64,000 nucleotides of DNA, from contig OZ242351.1 in assembly GCA_965208675.1 (NCBI GenBank), positions 2,656,001-2,720,000 of the forward strand, written 5' to 3'. Every line of letters starts with the position of its first letter. The first letter of the stretch is position 1. The position numbers and the translations under genes are program-made. The notes beneath the pieces were generated by a model. It was not told the DNA's origin, ran no database searches, and saw only the letters and a list, made by a program, of their open reading frames with translations. This document shows, piece by piece, positions 19,459 to 28,988 of this stretch. The stretch is from Candidatus Poribacteria bacterium. GTDB lineage: Bacteria; Poribacteria; WGA-4E; PCPOR2b.

Positions 19459-20551
19459 TTAGAGAATCCGCCGTTGCGACAGGGCTTTGAACTGGCAGTC
19501 TCTGAGATCAATAACTCGCAACTCAACAACATAAAAATCAAACTTATCGTCGAGGATGGCCAGAGCACCGTTGAGGGCGCCGTTGAAGCATTCAATAAAT
19601 TGATTCATCAAGACGGCGTATCTGCCATCCTCGGACCCGCCACGTCAATGCAGGCACAAACAGTGTTTCCAATCGCGCAAGAGAATGAGGTTGTGGCGAT
19701 AAGCCCCACCTCTGCCGCCCGCGGCCTCAGCGCGATCGGCGACTCCATCTTTCGCATCGCGCTCACCACGGATGTATTGATCCCAAGTGGTGTCAGAATA
19801 ACTCAGGAAAAACTCGGCTACAAAAAAGTAGCGACCATATACGATGAAAGCGATCTCTTCTCCACGGATAGCGAGGCAGTTGTGAAAGACGCTCTCGCCG
19901 CGAACGGCGTCGAGGTACTAACGACAGAGACTTTCCAGACGGGCGAGACTGACTTTTCCGCCCAATTAACTCGCATCAAGGATTTAAGTCCCGACGCCAT
20001 CTTTATCTCGGCGACGGTGATAGAGACCCCAGCAATCCTGATTCAAGGACGCCAACTTGGGATTCCCGCCGATGTTCCGTTCCTTATTATGTTTACCCTT
20101 TCCTCAGGTCAAATTCAACCTGCGGGCGATGCCGCCGAGGGGGCGATTGCGTTTACCACTTGGATCGGCACCGGTGAGACACCGGGAAATCGAGATTTCG
20201 TTCAGAATTACCAATCAGCATACGGTATCGAACCGGACGTTTGGGCAGCGCAGGCATATGCCACTGTTTACATCCTCGCTAAGGCAATTGCCGATGCCCA
20301 ATCGGCTGATCCCAGCGCAATTCGGGATGCACTGGCAAACATCACAGATTTCGACACCATTCTGGGTAAGTTCTCATTTAACGCGGTTGGCGACGCCGTC
20401 TACGACCCGATTGTATTGATTGTCAAAGACGGCCAATTTCAGGTTTTTGAGTAAACCTCCGAATCTGAACAGGATTTGAAGGGGCACCCGTTGTGGTTGC
20501 CCTCTTAGGATGCTACCACCCTCGTGTATCTCGAAAAGGAGGAGATTCAAG

Positions 20552-21736
20552 ATGGCTAATAGATGGTTCGCCGCATTTTCGATTGTCTTTGTGATTATCG
20601 CTCTGATCGTAGGGTGTTCTGCTTGTGACCAAATCCAACAACTTCTCGGTCCCGCTCCACCTCAGATGGAGGGGCTTAGCGGGGGGATTACTATCGGTGT
20701 CGTCTTGCCACAGACCGGGCATCTAGGGCCTGGTGAATTCGGGCCCGGTGCCTTAGCGATGGAAAACAGTTTTAACATGGCGCTTGAAGAGATTAACAGG
20801 TCGCAACTGAGCGATTTAAGACTCAAGTTTATAATCAAGGACGACCAGAGCAGCGTTGAAGGTGCGGTTGAGGCATTCAATAATCTCATCCACCAAGATA
20901 AAGTTCCTGTCATCCTCGGTGTCTGGACATCACACGTTGCCAGATCAGTTTTTCCGATAGCGCAAGAAAACGGGGTTGTGGCTTTTAGTCCTGTCGTCGT
21001 CGCCTCTGGCTTGACGGAGATAGGCGATTTTATCTTCCGGGCAAGCCACACCACAGAGGTACTGATTCCCGATGGGGTAAAAGTGACTCAAGAAAAACTC
21101 GGCTATCTACAGGTGGCGACGATATCAGATAGTGTTGATCTCTTTTCCCGGGATAGTGACGCGCTATTCAAAAAGACATTCGCCGATAGCGGCATTGAGG
21201 TTGTAGCATCGGAAAATTTCGAGACCGGTGATACCAATTTATCCACGCAATTAACTCATATCAAGGAATCAAATCCGGACGCCATCTTTGTGTCGGCGCA
21301 ACAGATAGAGTTGATTGAGATTATGACCCAAGGACGTCAGCTTGGGATTCCACCCGAAATTCCCTTTATCAGTCTCGTCCTGTCTGTGGATGAAGTACAA
21401 AGTGCGGGTGACGCCGCTGAAGGAGCGATAACATTTACCAGTTGGGTTAGCACTGCTGACACACCGGGAAATGGTGCTTTCGTGCAGAATTACACCAGGA
21501 GATATGGTATGGAACCGAGCGTCTGGGCGGCGCAGCCGTATGCCGCTGTCTTTATCTTAGCAAAAGCAATCTCAGACGCCCAGTCCACCGATTCAACGGC
21601 TATTCGGGACTCGCTGGCGAACATCTCCGATTTCGACACGATTTTAGGCAAATTCTCATTCAATGCTATCGGAGACGCTGTGTATGATCCGGTTGTACTG
21701 ATTGTTAAAAACGGCCAACTCGAAGTCTTCGAGTAA
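20552..21736 (+). CDS. LivJ/LivK-type substrate-binding lipoprotein, copy 9
   Basis: CSACDQ lipobox; same scaffold with an insertion GHLGPGEFGPG. Confidence 0.9.
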   Translation: MANRWFAAFSIVFVIIALIVGCSACDQIQQLLGPAPPQMEGLSGGITIGVVLPQTGHLGPGEFGPGALAMENSFNMALEEINRSQLSDLRLKFIIKDDQSSVEGAVEAFNNLIHQDKVPVILGVWTSHVARSVFPIAQENGVVAFSPVVVASGLTEIGDFIFRASHTTEVLIPDGVKVTQEKLGYLQVATISDSVDLFSRDSDALFKKTFADSGIEVVASENFETGDTNLSTQLTHIKESNPDAIFVSAQQIELIEIMTQGRQLGIPPEIPFISLVLSVDEVQSAGDAAEGAITFTSWVSTADTPGNGAFVQNYTRRYGMEPSVWAAQPYAAVFILAKAISDAQSTDSTAIRDSLANISDFDTILGKFSFNAIGDAVYDPVVLIVKNGQLEVFE

Positions 21737-21767
21737 GCACCCATTCCTTCAATAGACCTCAAGCGTC

Positions 21768-22054
21768 TGTAAGTTGGGTTAAGCGTATATTACCAAAACC
21801 GTTCAAACGGCGATTGCCGTTCCGACTGCCGAACCATGTATTTCGCAAAACAATCGGGGCGTAACCAAACGTTTTTGGATAGTGCGGCGAGTTCGGTTCG
21901 TTGGTGGCGGTTCGGATAAGACTATCGCCTTCGCTATTCGCTCAGTTGATCGTTGGGTTACGCTGCATCATTACCCCTATGAAACAATTTGAACATACGA
22001 ATCACCCACAAATCATCGCGCGCTCTTAATAATCTCCGCTCAACCCAACCTACA
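21768..22054. repeat. REP doublet (REPIN-like) with two 73-nt loop inserts
   Basis: TGTAAGTTGGGTTAAGCG-[73]-GCGTAACCAAACG ... CGTTGGGTTACGC-[73]-CGCTCAACCCAACCTACA. Confidence 0.85.
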
Positions 22055-22129
22055 AAAACTCATCCAAAAAGCCTCTTGATACTGATAGAACCGTTACATT
22101 AAGAGGCGTATGCTATTTCAGGAGAGGGC

Positions 22130-24961
22130 TCAATCGCCTTGGAACCCGTCAGTATCCCAGAATCGAATGGTGCCATCCGAACCGCCCGTAACCAGCATTT
22201 TCCCGTCGTGGCTGAAAACGAGCGAAGAGGCAGATACGTCAAGGGGAATCAATTCTTCCTGCGTTTTCATATCCCATACACACACCTTTGCCTTCGCCTT
22301 GACTGAAGCAGCGAGAAAACGCCCATCAGGACTGATGTCGAGTGCGTAAATCCATTCCCCTGCGTCCAATGTCCAAATTATCTTGTGTTCCGCTATACTC
22401 CACAATTGAATTTCTCTGTGGGTCCCCGCCGTCGCAAACGTTTGCCCGTCAGGGCTAAACGCTACGGAATTGATGACGGCATATTCCATACCCTTTTTGT
22501 CTGGCTCGGCCGTGAAGATTTCACGTCGTTTTCTAACGTCCCATAATCGAACCGCGTTATCAATTCCACCGGAAATCAACAACTTCCCGTCGGGATTGAA
22601 GTCTATTGACGCTATGGTACTGTTGGCAACTGGCGATTCAACTGGAATTTCTCCGTATACCCACTTTGACCATAACCTCTCCAAGAAACCGGCTTTTCTG
22701 CGTGGAGGCTCCTGCCCCAACACAGATATTGCTCTTTTCCGGCGTGTGTCCCATAACCGAATGCAGGTATCATCAACACAAGCAAGAGTTTTACCGTCTT
22801 GACCAAACGTCATGGATTCCACAATTGCGGAGTGCTTAAAGACCGCAATCTGTTTTCGATCGCGTATGTTCCAAAGGTGTGCGTGCTCTGACGCACTTGA
22901 GGCAAGAAGTCTCCCATCGGGACTGAACACCACGCATTGCACCATTGCAGCGTGGCCCCGTAAAGAATCAATTCGTCTCTTGCTTCGTACATCCCATAAT
23001 TCAACGACACCATTATCACGTCCCACAGCCAAGAGTTCGCCGTCAGGACTGAGCGCTACTGATGAAACCGAAGGGCTGTGATCTTGAGCTACGGCGATTT
23101 GCTTTCCACTCTCAACCTCCCAAAGCCGAATAGACATGTCTCCACCCAGTTGAATTTCCGTCGGCGCACGCCCACCGTTCAGGGACGCTAGTGTCTTTCC
23201 ATCCGGACGAAACGCGATAGATGTTACGCCACCAGATTTAGTTTCTAACTTACCGATCTGTTTTAGTGTGCGAGTATCCCACATTCGGATGATGGAGTCA
23301 TCACTAGCGGAGGCCAAGATTGCGCCATCTGGGCTAAAGGCGATGTGGTTTATGCCATCTAGGTTATTAGTTTCTTGCAACAGTACGATTTGTGCCCGAC
23401 TCGCTACGTCCCATAGACGTAAAGTGCCGTCAATGAAGCTCCCTGAAGCCAAGCTTTTTCCATCCGGACTGAAAGTAACATCCGAAACTGCAGAATTCGG
23501 TAGCCCTGCATCGTGCATATGTCCATCGAATGACCATATTAGCGTCTGAGTTTGTAAATCCCACAAACTAATTTTTGAGTCTTCATATCCGCCTGACGCC
23601 AACAACTGCCCGTCCGGGCTGAAAGCTAAAGCCCACACGAATTTTGAAGCGGTTTCTAGCAACGCGGTTTGCCGTTGGGTACGCATATCCCACAAAGCAA
23701 TTTCCCCATAACCGAAACCTACGGCGAGGGTGTTCCCATCAAGCGAAAAGGATAAGGCCGTCACTCCCTTACTCGGCAATGTCAAACTCCCAATCTGCTG
23801 CTGTGTCGACACATCCCATAGATAAACCTTAGATTCTCTACGGCCGGATGCCAGTGTATTTCCGTCGGGACTGAATGCGATGGTGCTCGCCCCATGTGCT
23901 ATCATTCCAACTTCCGTAAGTGTTTCGGCGTCATAAAACCAGATGCCTATAGCCCCCTTGACAGCAATCAGCTTGCCATCCGGGGAATAGGCCAATTCGG
24001 TCACGATACCATTGCCAAGACGAGCTGTCGGCTCATTTCTGCTGTCCGTTTCCACTTCGGTATCAGCGATTGCCGCCCGCACCTCATTGGTCGGCCGAGA
24101 ACCCTTGATCGGATCTTTTTTGCCGTCGCCGCTTGAAACAACTAAAGTATCCGAAAGCATTACCACATCTACGGGAATTTCGCCGGTTTCCGTGACTTCG
24201 GTTTCACTTGACACCGGCGTCCCAATCAACGTACCGACTGCCGGAACTTGATCGAAGGGCACGATGAGAAACATCATTGACAATGTCAGCAGACTAACGG
24301 CCGCGATCCCTATGGGAACAGCGGGCGTCTGCGGACTCGATTGGATTCGTGTTCGCTGAATGGCTTCGACGATGTTAAGCGTAAAAGCTGGATGAAGCTT
24401 CTGTTGTTCAAAACTGGTATCCATCATCGTTAACATCTCCTTCTTCAATTTAGCGCGTGCGCGGTTGAGCCGCATGGCTATTGCATGGGGCGATGCTCCG
24501 AGAAACTGGGCAATCTCTCTGCAACTCATCCCTCCCAAATAGTGAAGGGTTAAGACTTGCCGATGAATCTCGGGCAACTCAGACAGGGCTTCTTGGAGCG
24601 TTAGATGGATTTCGTCCTCTTGGTATGAACACATTGAAATCTTGTCCAAGCACTCCTGTTCTTGGTCGGCAACGTACTCTCCATCAGGCCGGCTTGCCTT
24701 AGAACGCAAAAAGTCTTTGCACGAATTGGAAGTGATCGCGTACAGCCATGACAGAAACTTGTCGCACTGTTTCAACGTGCGAAGTTTCTGATATGCCTTG
24801 AGAAATACCTCCTGCGTTATGTCCTGAGCGTCGTGGAAGTTACCGAGTTTCGTATAAGCCAACGCGTACACGCTGCCTTTGTACTTGTCGACGAGCAAGC
24901 CAAACGCAGCGGCATCTCCATCAAGGCATTTCTGAATGATATAACCATCTTCCGTTCGCAT
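22130..24961 (-). CDS. ECF sigma-70 factor fused via a TM helix to a long WD40 beta-propeller region
   Basis: Region 2 (DAQDITQEVFLKAY...WLYAI), region 4 (LPEIHRQVLTLHY..GMSCREIA...RLNRAR), hydrophobic IGIAAVSLLTLSMMFLIV, more than 10 FSPDG..LASG..IxLWD repeats. Confidence 0.92.
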   Translation of the reverse strand: MRTEDGYIIQKCLDGDAAAFGLLVDKYKGSVYALAYTKLGNFHDAQDITQEVFLKAYQKLRTLKQCDKFLSWLYAITSNSCKDFLRSKASRPDGEYVADQEQECLDKISMCSYQEDEIHLTLQEALSELPEIHRQVLTLHYLGGMSCREIAQFLGASPHAIAMRLNRARAKLKKEMLTMMDTSFEQQKLHPAFTLNIVEAIQRTRIQSSPQTPAVPIGIAAVSLLTLSMMFLIVPFDQVPAVGTLIGTPVSSETEVTETGEIPVDVVMLSDTLVVSSGDGKKDPIKGSRPTNEVRAAIADTEVETDSRNEPTARLGNGIVTELAYSPDGKLIAVKGAIGIWFYDAETLTEVGMIAHGASTIAFSPDGNTLASGRRESKVYLWDVSTQQQIGSLTLPSKGVTALSFSLDGNTLAVGFGYGEIALWDMRTQRQTALLETASKFVWALAFSPDGQLLASGGYEDSKISLWDLQTQTLIWSFDGHMHDAGLPNSAVSDVTFSPDGKSLASGSFIDGTLRLWDVASRAQIVLLQETNNLDGINHIAFSPDGAILASASDDSIIRMWDTRTLKQIGKLETKSGGVTSIAFRPDGKTLASLNGGRAPTEIQLGGDMSIRLWEVESGKQIAVAQDHSPSVSSVALSPDGELLAVGRDNGVVELWDVRSKRRIDSLRGHAAMVQCVVFSPDGRLLASSASEHAHLWNIRDRKQIAVFKHSAIVESMTFGQDGKTLACVDDTCIRLWDTRRKRAISVLGQEPPRRKAGFLERLWSKWVYGEIPVESPVANSTIASIDFNPDGKLLISGGIDNAVRLWDVRKRREIFTAEPDKKGMEYAVINSVAFSPDGQTFATAGTHREIQLWSIAEHKIIWTLDAGEWIYALDISPDGRFLAASVKAKAKVCVWDMKTQEELIPLDVSASSLVFSHDGKMLVTGGSDGTIRFWDTDGFQGD

Positions 24962-25429
24962 GGCTTCCTCCCTTTACGATCGCTGTATGAATGTTAGACG
25001 TATGCCATCGCCGAAATCTCACCTGCGAATCAAAATATTTTTTTAGTTGGGAGAAAAATGTTAAATTGAATACGCACTCGGTCACAGTAATGTTACGACA
25101 TTATAATTTTTCTAGTATTATACCGTCAAACGTGAAAGCGTCTGTTCACATATCTGAATAACAGAGTTTTCCACAACCCCCGATGGCGTAACTGCCCAGG
25201 CGTTTTTATGGTGCGTCCGCGAGCGAATGAACACGGCTTTAAAAAGTCTATGGAAAGTCGTGACTTTTTTGTGTATACTAACTTGGCGATTTACGGAATT
25301 AAGATTTCCAGATTTTATTATGAATAGTTGGGATTCATCCACCTAATCACCGCAATTCACATCATTTTTCGTACCTTAAAATAGACAATTGTCCATCAAT
25401 AAAAGGAGGATTAACCAATTAAATATTTA

Positions 25430-26698
25430 ATGCGACTTAACCAAATAAGTAAACTTTTCACAGCGGCTTCGCTGATTTTAATTTGTTGTTTAAGTAACAG
25501 TATGCTAACCACAGCATTGGGAAACGGCTCACGCGCCGAATGGCCTCAATGGCGGGGGCCCAACCGTGACGGGGTTTCCCAAGAAACCGGGCTTCTCACT
25601 AGTTGGCAGCAGGACGAGCCCAAAGTCTTATGGAAAATCCCTTTTGGACACGGCTATTCGGGAATCTCCATTTCGGGCGGGCGCCTTTACACCATGTTCG
25701 CACAAGGGAATGATGAGTACGCGGTTTGCTTGAATGCGTCCAATGGGGAAGAAATTTGGCGATTTCGTACCGGTTCAAAATTCACCAACAACCACGGCGA
25801 TGGACCGCGTTCAACGCCAACGGTGAATGGAGATGTGGTTTTTGTGCTGGGAGCGAAAGGTAAACTCCACGCTTTAGACGCTAGAACTGGCGAAAAATTG
25901 TGGGGCTACGATTTAGTTGACGAGTTTGGCAGTAAGGTCCCGCGGTGGGGGTTCGCCACATCACCGCTTGTTGAAGCCAATCTCCTTGTGGTTGAAGTTG
26001 GCGGAAAGGACGGTAAATCTGTTGTTGCCTTCGACATTAAGAGCGGCGATGTGATTTGGACATCCGCTATTGATGCACCTGCGTACTCATCGCCCATTGC
26101 CATTACATTCAACGGGATACGGCAACTCATAATTCTTACATCAAACGGTCCGGTTTCTGTATCGCCAACAGATGGGCAGGTTTACTGGAAATATCACTGG
26201 TCAAAAGGTATAAACATAGCGACGCCGGTGTTCATTCCAGAGAGTCAAATTTTTGTCTCCGCCGCTTACGATAAGGGTGCCGCGCTAGTCAAGATGAAAG
26301 CCGACGGCGGTGCGGTGACGGTTGATGAGGTGTGGAAGAGCCGTGTGATGAAGAATCATTTCAATGCATCGGTGCTACACCGCGATTACCTATACGGTTT
26401 TGACAACACCATCCTGAAATGTATTGAAGCGAATACGGGCGAAGAGCAATGGGTAGCGCGCGGTTTCGGCAAAGGCAGTCTGATTTATGCTGACGGAAAT
26501 TTAATAGTCCTCGGCGATGCGGGCAGGCTCACGTTGGTTGAAGCAACACCGACGGAATATAGGGAAAAAGGGGATATCCAATTGCTGCACGGCAAATGTT
26601 GGACGGCGCCAACCCTCGCGGGCGGCAAACTTTACCTCCGAAACCACGAGGAACTGGTGTGTTTGGATGCGACAGGAGGAAATGCCGCAAACGAGTGA
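25430..26698 (+). CDS. secreted PQQ-like (BamB-type) beta-propeller protein
   Basis: WPQWRGPNRDG, GPRSTP, YSSP, WTAPTLAGGKLYLRN. Confidence 0.88.
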   Translation: MRLNQISKLFTAASLILICCLSNSMLTTALGNGSRAEWPQWRGPNRDGVSQETGLLTSWQQDEPKVLWKIPFGHGYSGISISGGRLYTMFAQGNDEYAVCLNASNGEEIWRFRTGSKFTNNHGDGPRSTPTVNGDVVFVLGAKGKLHALDARTGEKLWGYDLVDEFGSKVPRWGFATSPLVEANLLVVEVGGKDGKSVVAFDIKSGDVIWTSAIDAPAYSSPIAITFNGIRQLIILTSNGPVSVSPTDGQVYWKYHWSKGINIATPVFIPESQIFVSAAYDKGAALVKMKADGGAVTVDEVWKSRVMKNHFNASVLHRDYLYGFDNTILKCIEANTGEEQWVARGFGKGSLIYADGNLIVLGDAGRLTLVEATPTEYREKGDIQLLHGKCWTAPTLAGGKLYLRNHEELVCLDATGGNAANE

Positions 26699-26746
26699 AT
26701 GGCAGCCGCAGCATTGCGTATTGCACTAAAACTCAACAAATTGACC

Positions 26747-26862
26747 GGACTTACGCAAATGGAGCAGAGGTGGAAAATTGGACTTAAAAAGTTGTTAATT
26801 CATGTTTTTAACCCCCTAAGTCCCCCTTATCAGGGGGATTTTTGGACCTATTTCGTAAGTCC
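26747..26862. repeat. MITE-like element with GGACTTACGCA termini and an internal CCCCCTT..AGGGGG hairpin
   Basis: GGACTTACGCAAAT ... ATTTCGTAAGTCC; internal TCCCCCTTATCAGGGGGA. Confidence 0.6.
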
Positions 26863-26884
26863 CAACTAAGTAATACACACGGAT

Positions 26885-27727
26885 ATGACTGACAAAAGAA
26901 AAGTTCTAATTACTGGCGCATCGGGATATATCGCAGGGCGGATGTTACCTGCGTTTCGTGAACGGTACGATCTGGTGTTGCTCGATGTCAATACGACTAA
27001 TCGGGACAATGAGACGGTCGATGGTGTTCAGATTGTAGATTTAACTGTCCCCGACCGCGACGCATACCGCCGTTATTTCAATGGCATTGACGCCGCGGTA
27101 CACTGCGCGTTCAAACGCGGCGGTTTTGAGAACGAGCTTGCGAACGTGCAGATGGCATACAATGTTTATCAGACGTGTCTTGAGGAAGACGTTCGACGGG
27201 TGGTTGTGTGTAGTTCAAATCACGCGGCGGATTACTATGAAAGGTTAATCTGGGCGGATGAATGGGATGTTGTAACGCCGGAGATGCGCCCACTGTCTGA
27301 CAACTTCTACGGATGGGCGAAAGAGGCGTATGAACATCTCGGTTTTGTGTTCGCCGCGGGGCATGTCGATGGCAAAAAGCTGCAGAATGTACAACTTCGA
27401 ATCGGCGCCCCTCGAGAAACAATCCTTGATGAAGTTGAACCTAGCAAACTGAAGCGTATTCACCGGGGGCTTGGCGCTTACTTGAGCGCACGGGATCAGA
27501 CTCAGCTTTTCATCAAAAGCATCGAAACCGAAAACATCGAAGATGAAAATGGAGTACCGTTTCAAATCTTCTACGGAATAAGCGGCAACTCGCACGGATT
27601 CTGGAGCATCGTAAACGCCCGCAAAATTATCGGCTATGAACCTGAAGACAACAGTGCAATAAAGTTTACTGAACAAATTGCGGCGTTAATGGGAACAGCA
27701 AATCGTGATGATTCCGGTATTGGCTGA
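26885..27727 (+). CDS. NAD-dependent epimerase/dehydratase (uronate dehydrogenase-like SDR)
   Basis: VLITGASGYIA, SSNHA, YGWAK, LRIG, IGYEPED. Confidence 0.85.
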   Translation: MTDKRKVLITGASGYIAGRMLPAFRERYDLVLLDVNTTNRDNETVDGVQIVDLTVPDRDAYRRYFNGIDAAVHCAFKRGGFENELANVQMAYNVYQTCLEEDVRRVVVCSSNHAADYYERLIWADEWDVVTPEMRPLSDNFYGWAKEAYEHLGFVFAAGHVDGKKLQNVQLRIGAPRETILDEVEPSKLKRIHRGLGAYLSARDQTQLFIKSIETENIEDENGVPFQIFYGISGNSHGFWSIVNARKIIGYEPEDNSAIKFTEQIAALMGTANRDDSGIG

Positions 27728-27777
27728 TTGTCCGCGCAAACGTACCACCATTTCATTTGCTACGCCTAAGGAGTTGC

Positions 27778-28749
27778 ATGGCAAAAATCAGAATTGGTAT
27801 CGTTGGATCCGGCGGCATGGCGCGAAGCCACGCCGAACAATTCGCCGGGCTTGATGCCGCTCGAGTCGCCGCCATTGCATCAAGGAATGTTCACACAGGT
27901 ACACAACTCGCGCAGAGATTCGATGCAGTATTTGAACCGGATTGGCAAAATCTGGTTGAGCGTGAGGACTTGGGCAGCGTCGTCATCACTACCCATAACG
28001 ACAGCCACGGCGAAATCGCGATTGGTGCGTTGAGCGCTGATAAACACGTTTTTACCGAATATCCGTTGGCACGGTCCATTGGCGAAGGCGAGAAAGCCAT
28101 CGCTGTGGCGAAATCCAAGCAACGCGTGCTGCGAATCTCACATCCTGAAACTGTGTCAAAGCTGCACAAAGCCATTAAGCGGAAACGCCAGAACCTCGGA
28201 AATCTGCTGTTAACCTCTTTCTTGCGCCTCACACCTGGGCGTGGCGCCCGCCCTGAAATCTTGTTTAACCTACCTGTTTCAGGACCGCCGGCACACTTCT
28301 TCATTTATCATATCTATCCAGTAATCGATCTGTTTGGCGGTGTCTCGTGGGTTGAGGCAGGCGCCGCTTACGAAGGATTAACGAATCGTGGGACATACGA
28401 TCGGTTTGCCAATACCGTCAATGTTGGGTTCAAGGCAGGAGGCATCGGACAATGGACGTGGGCAGGCGGTATTGAGATTAAGGCGGCGGAGCAACGCCAG
28501 CACTACGTCATGGCAGACGGTACAATTTCCAGCGAAGGCGGTTGGCGCTGTTCGACCAGATCGGAAATTGAGGAAATTCAGCCGATTGATGCACCGAATA
28601 TTTCACTCCAAGAATTGTGGTTGCGAGAAATCCAAGACGGCGATACAGGCGCGGCGCATGCGGACGCCGAAACCGCACTTGAGGCAATTAAAGTTAGCCT
28701 TTCAGGCGAGCAATCAATACTCGAAAGCCGGCGAATTGTGTTACCTTAA
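27778..28749 (+). CDS. Gfo/Idh/MocA-family oxidoreductase
   Basis: IGIVGSGGMA, HVFTEYP. Confidence 0.85.
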   Translation: MAKIRIGIVGSGGMARSHAEQFAGLDAARVAAIASRNVHTGTQLAQRFDAVFEPDWQNLVEREDLGSVVITTHNDSHGEIAIGALSADKHVFTEYPLARSIGEGEKAIAVAKSKQRVLRISHPETVSKLHKAIKRKRQNLGNLLLTSFLRLTPGRGARPEILFNLPVSGPPAHFFIYHIYPVIDLFGGVSWVEAGAAYEGLTNRGTYDRFANTVNVGFKAGGIGQWTWAGGIEIKAAEQRQHYVMADGTISSEGGWRCSTRSEIEEIQPIDAPNISLQELWLREIQDGDTGAAHADAETALEAIKVSLSGEQSILESRRIVLP

Positions 28750-28823
28750 TTATTCGATCGATGCTAAGCGAAAACTCGCCATTCCCTCTATTATGAGGTT
28801 GGCTGAGCCTACTTGTTTAATCG

Positions 28824-28852
28824 TTGACAGCATTGTTAAGCTCAAATATAAT
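28824..28852 (+). promoter_or_regulatory. consensus sigma70 promoter
   Basis: TTGACA-17 nt-TATAAT upstream of the aldo/keto reductase. Confidence 0.7.
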
Positions 28853-28988
28853 AGCAGGCGATCAAATTTGTCGTTGAGATAAGTGACTAGGACTCACACA
28901 TTCGAGGTTCGGAACATATTGCATCCTGTCTCACATGGTGACATAGTAAAGTGCCCGTTCCAGCGATGCGCCAACGTTATCCGATAGC

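Larger units (their letters stand above)
18392..20454 (+). pseudogene. LivJ/LivK-type substrate-binding lipoprotein, copy 8, interrupted by an IS5-family element
   Basis: 5' part MKTRKF...LSACDQ...ITGRLGL (18392-18571). Removing the IS and one TTA restores the frame: ...GRLGL-ENPPLRQGFELAVSEIN... Confidence 0.92.

Noticed and set aside
9242-21736. Diversity-generating retroelement acting on the array or the REP inserts
   Set aside because: There is no reverse transcriptase in the window and no near-identical TR/VR pair; differences are not confined to adenines.
21768-22054. CRISPR array (conserved repeats with constant-length spacers)
   Set aside because: The repeats are inverted and dispersed rather than tandem direct, the inserts are homologous to one another, and there are no cas genes.
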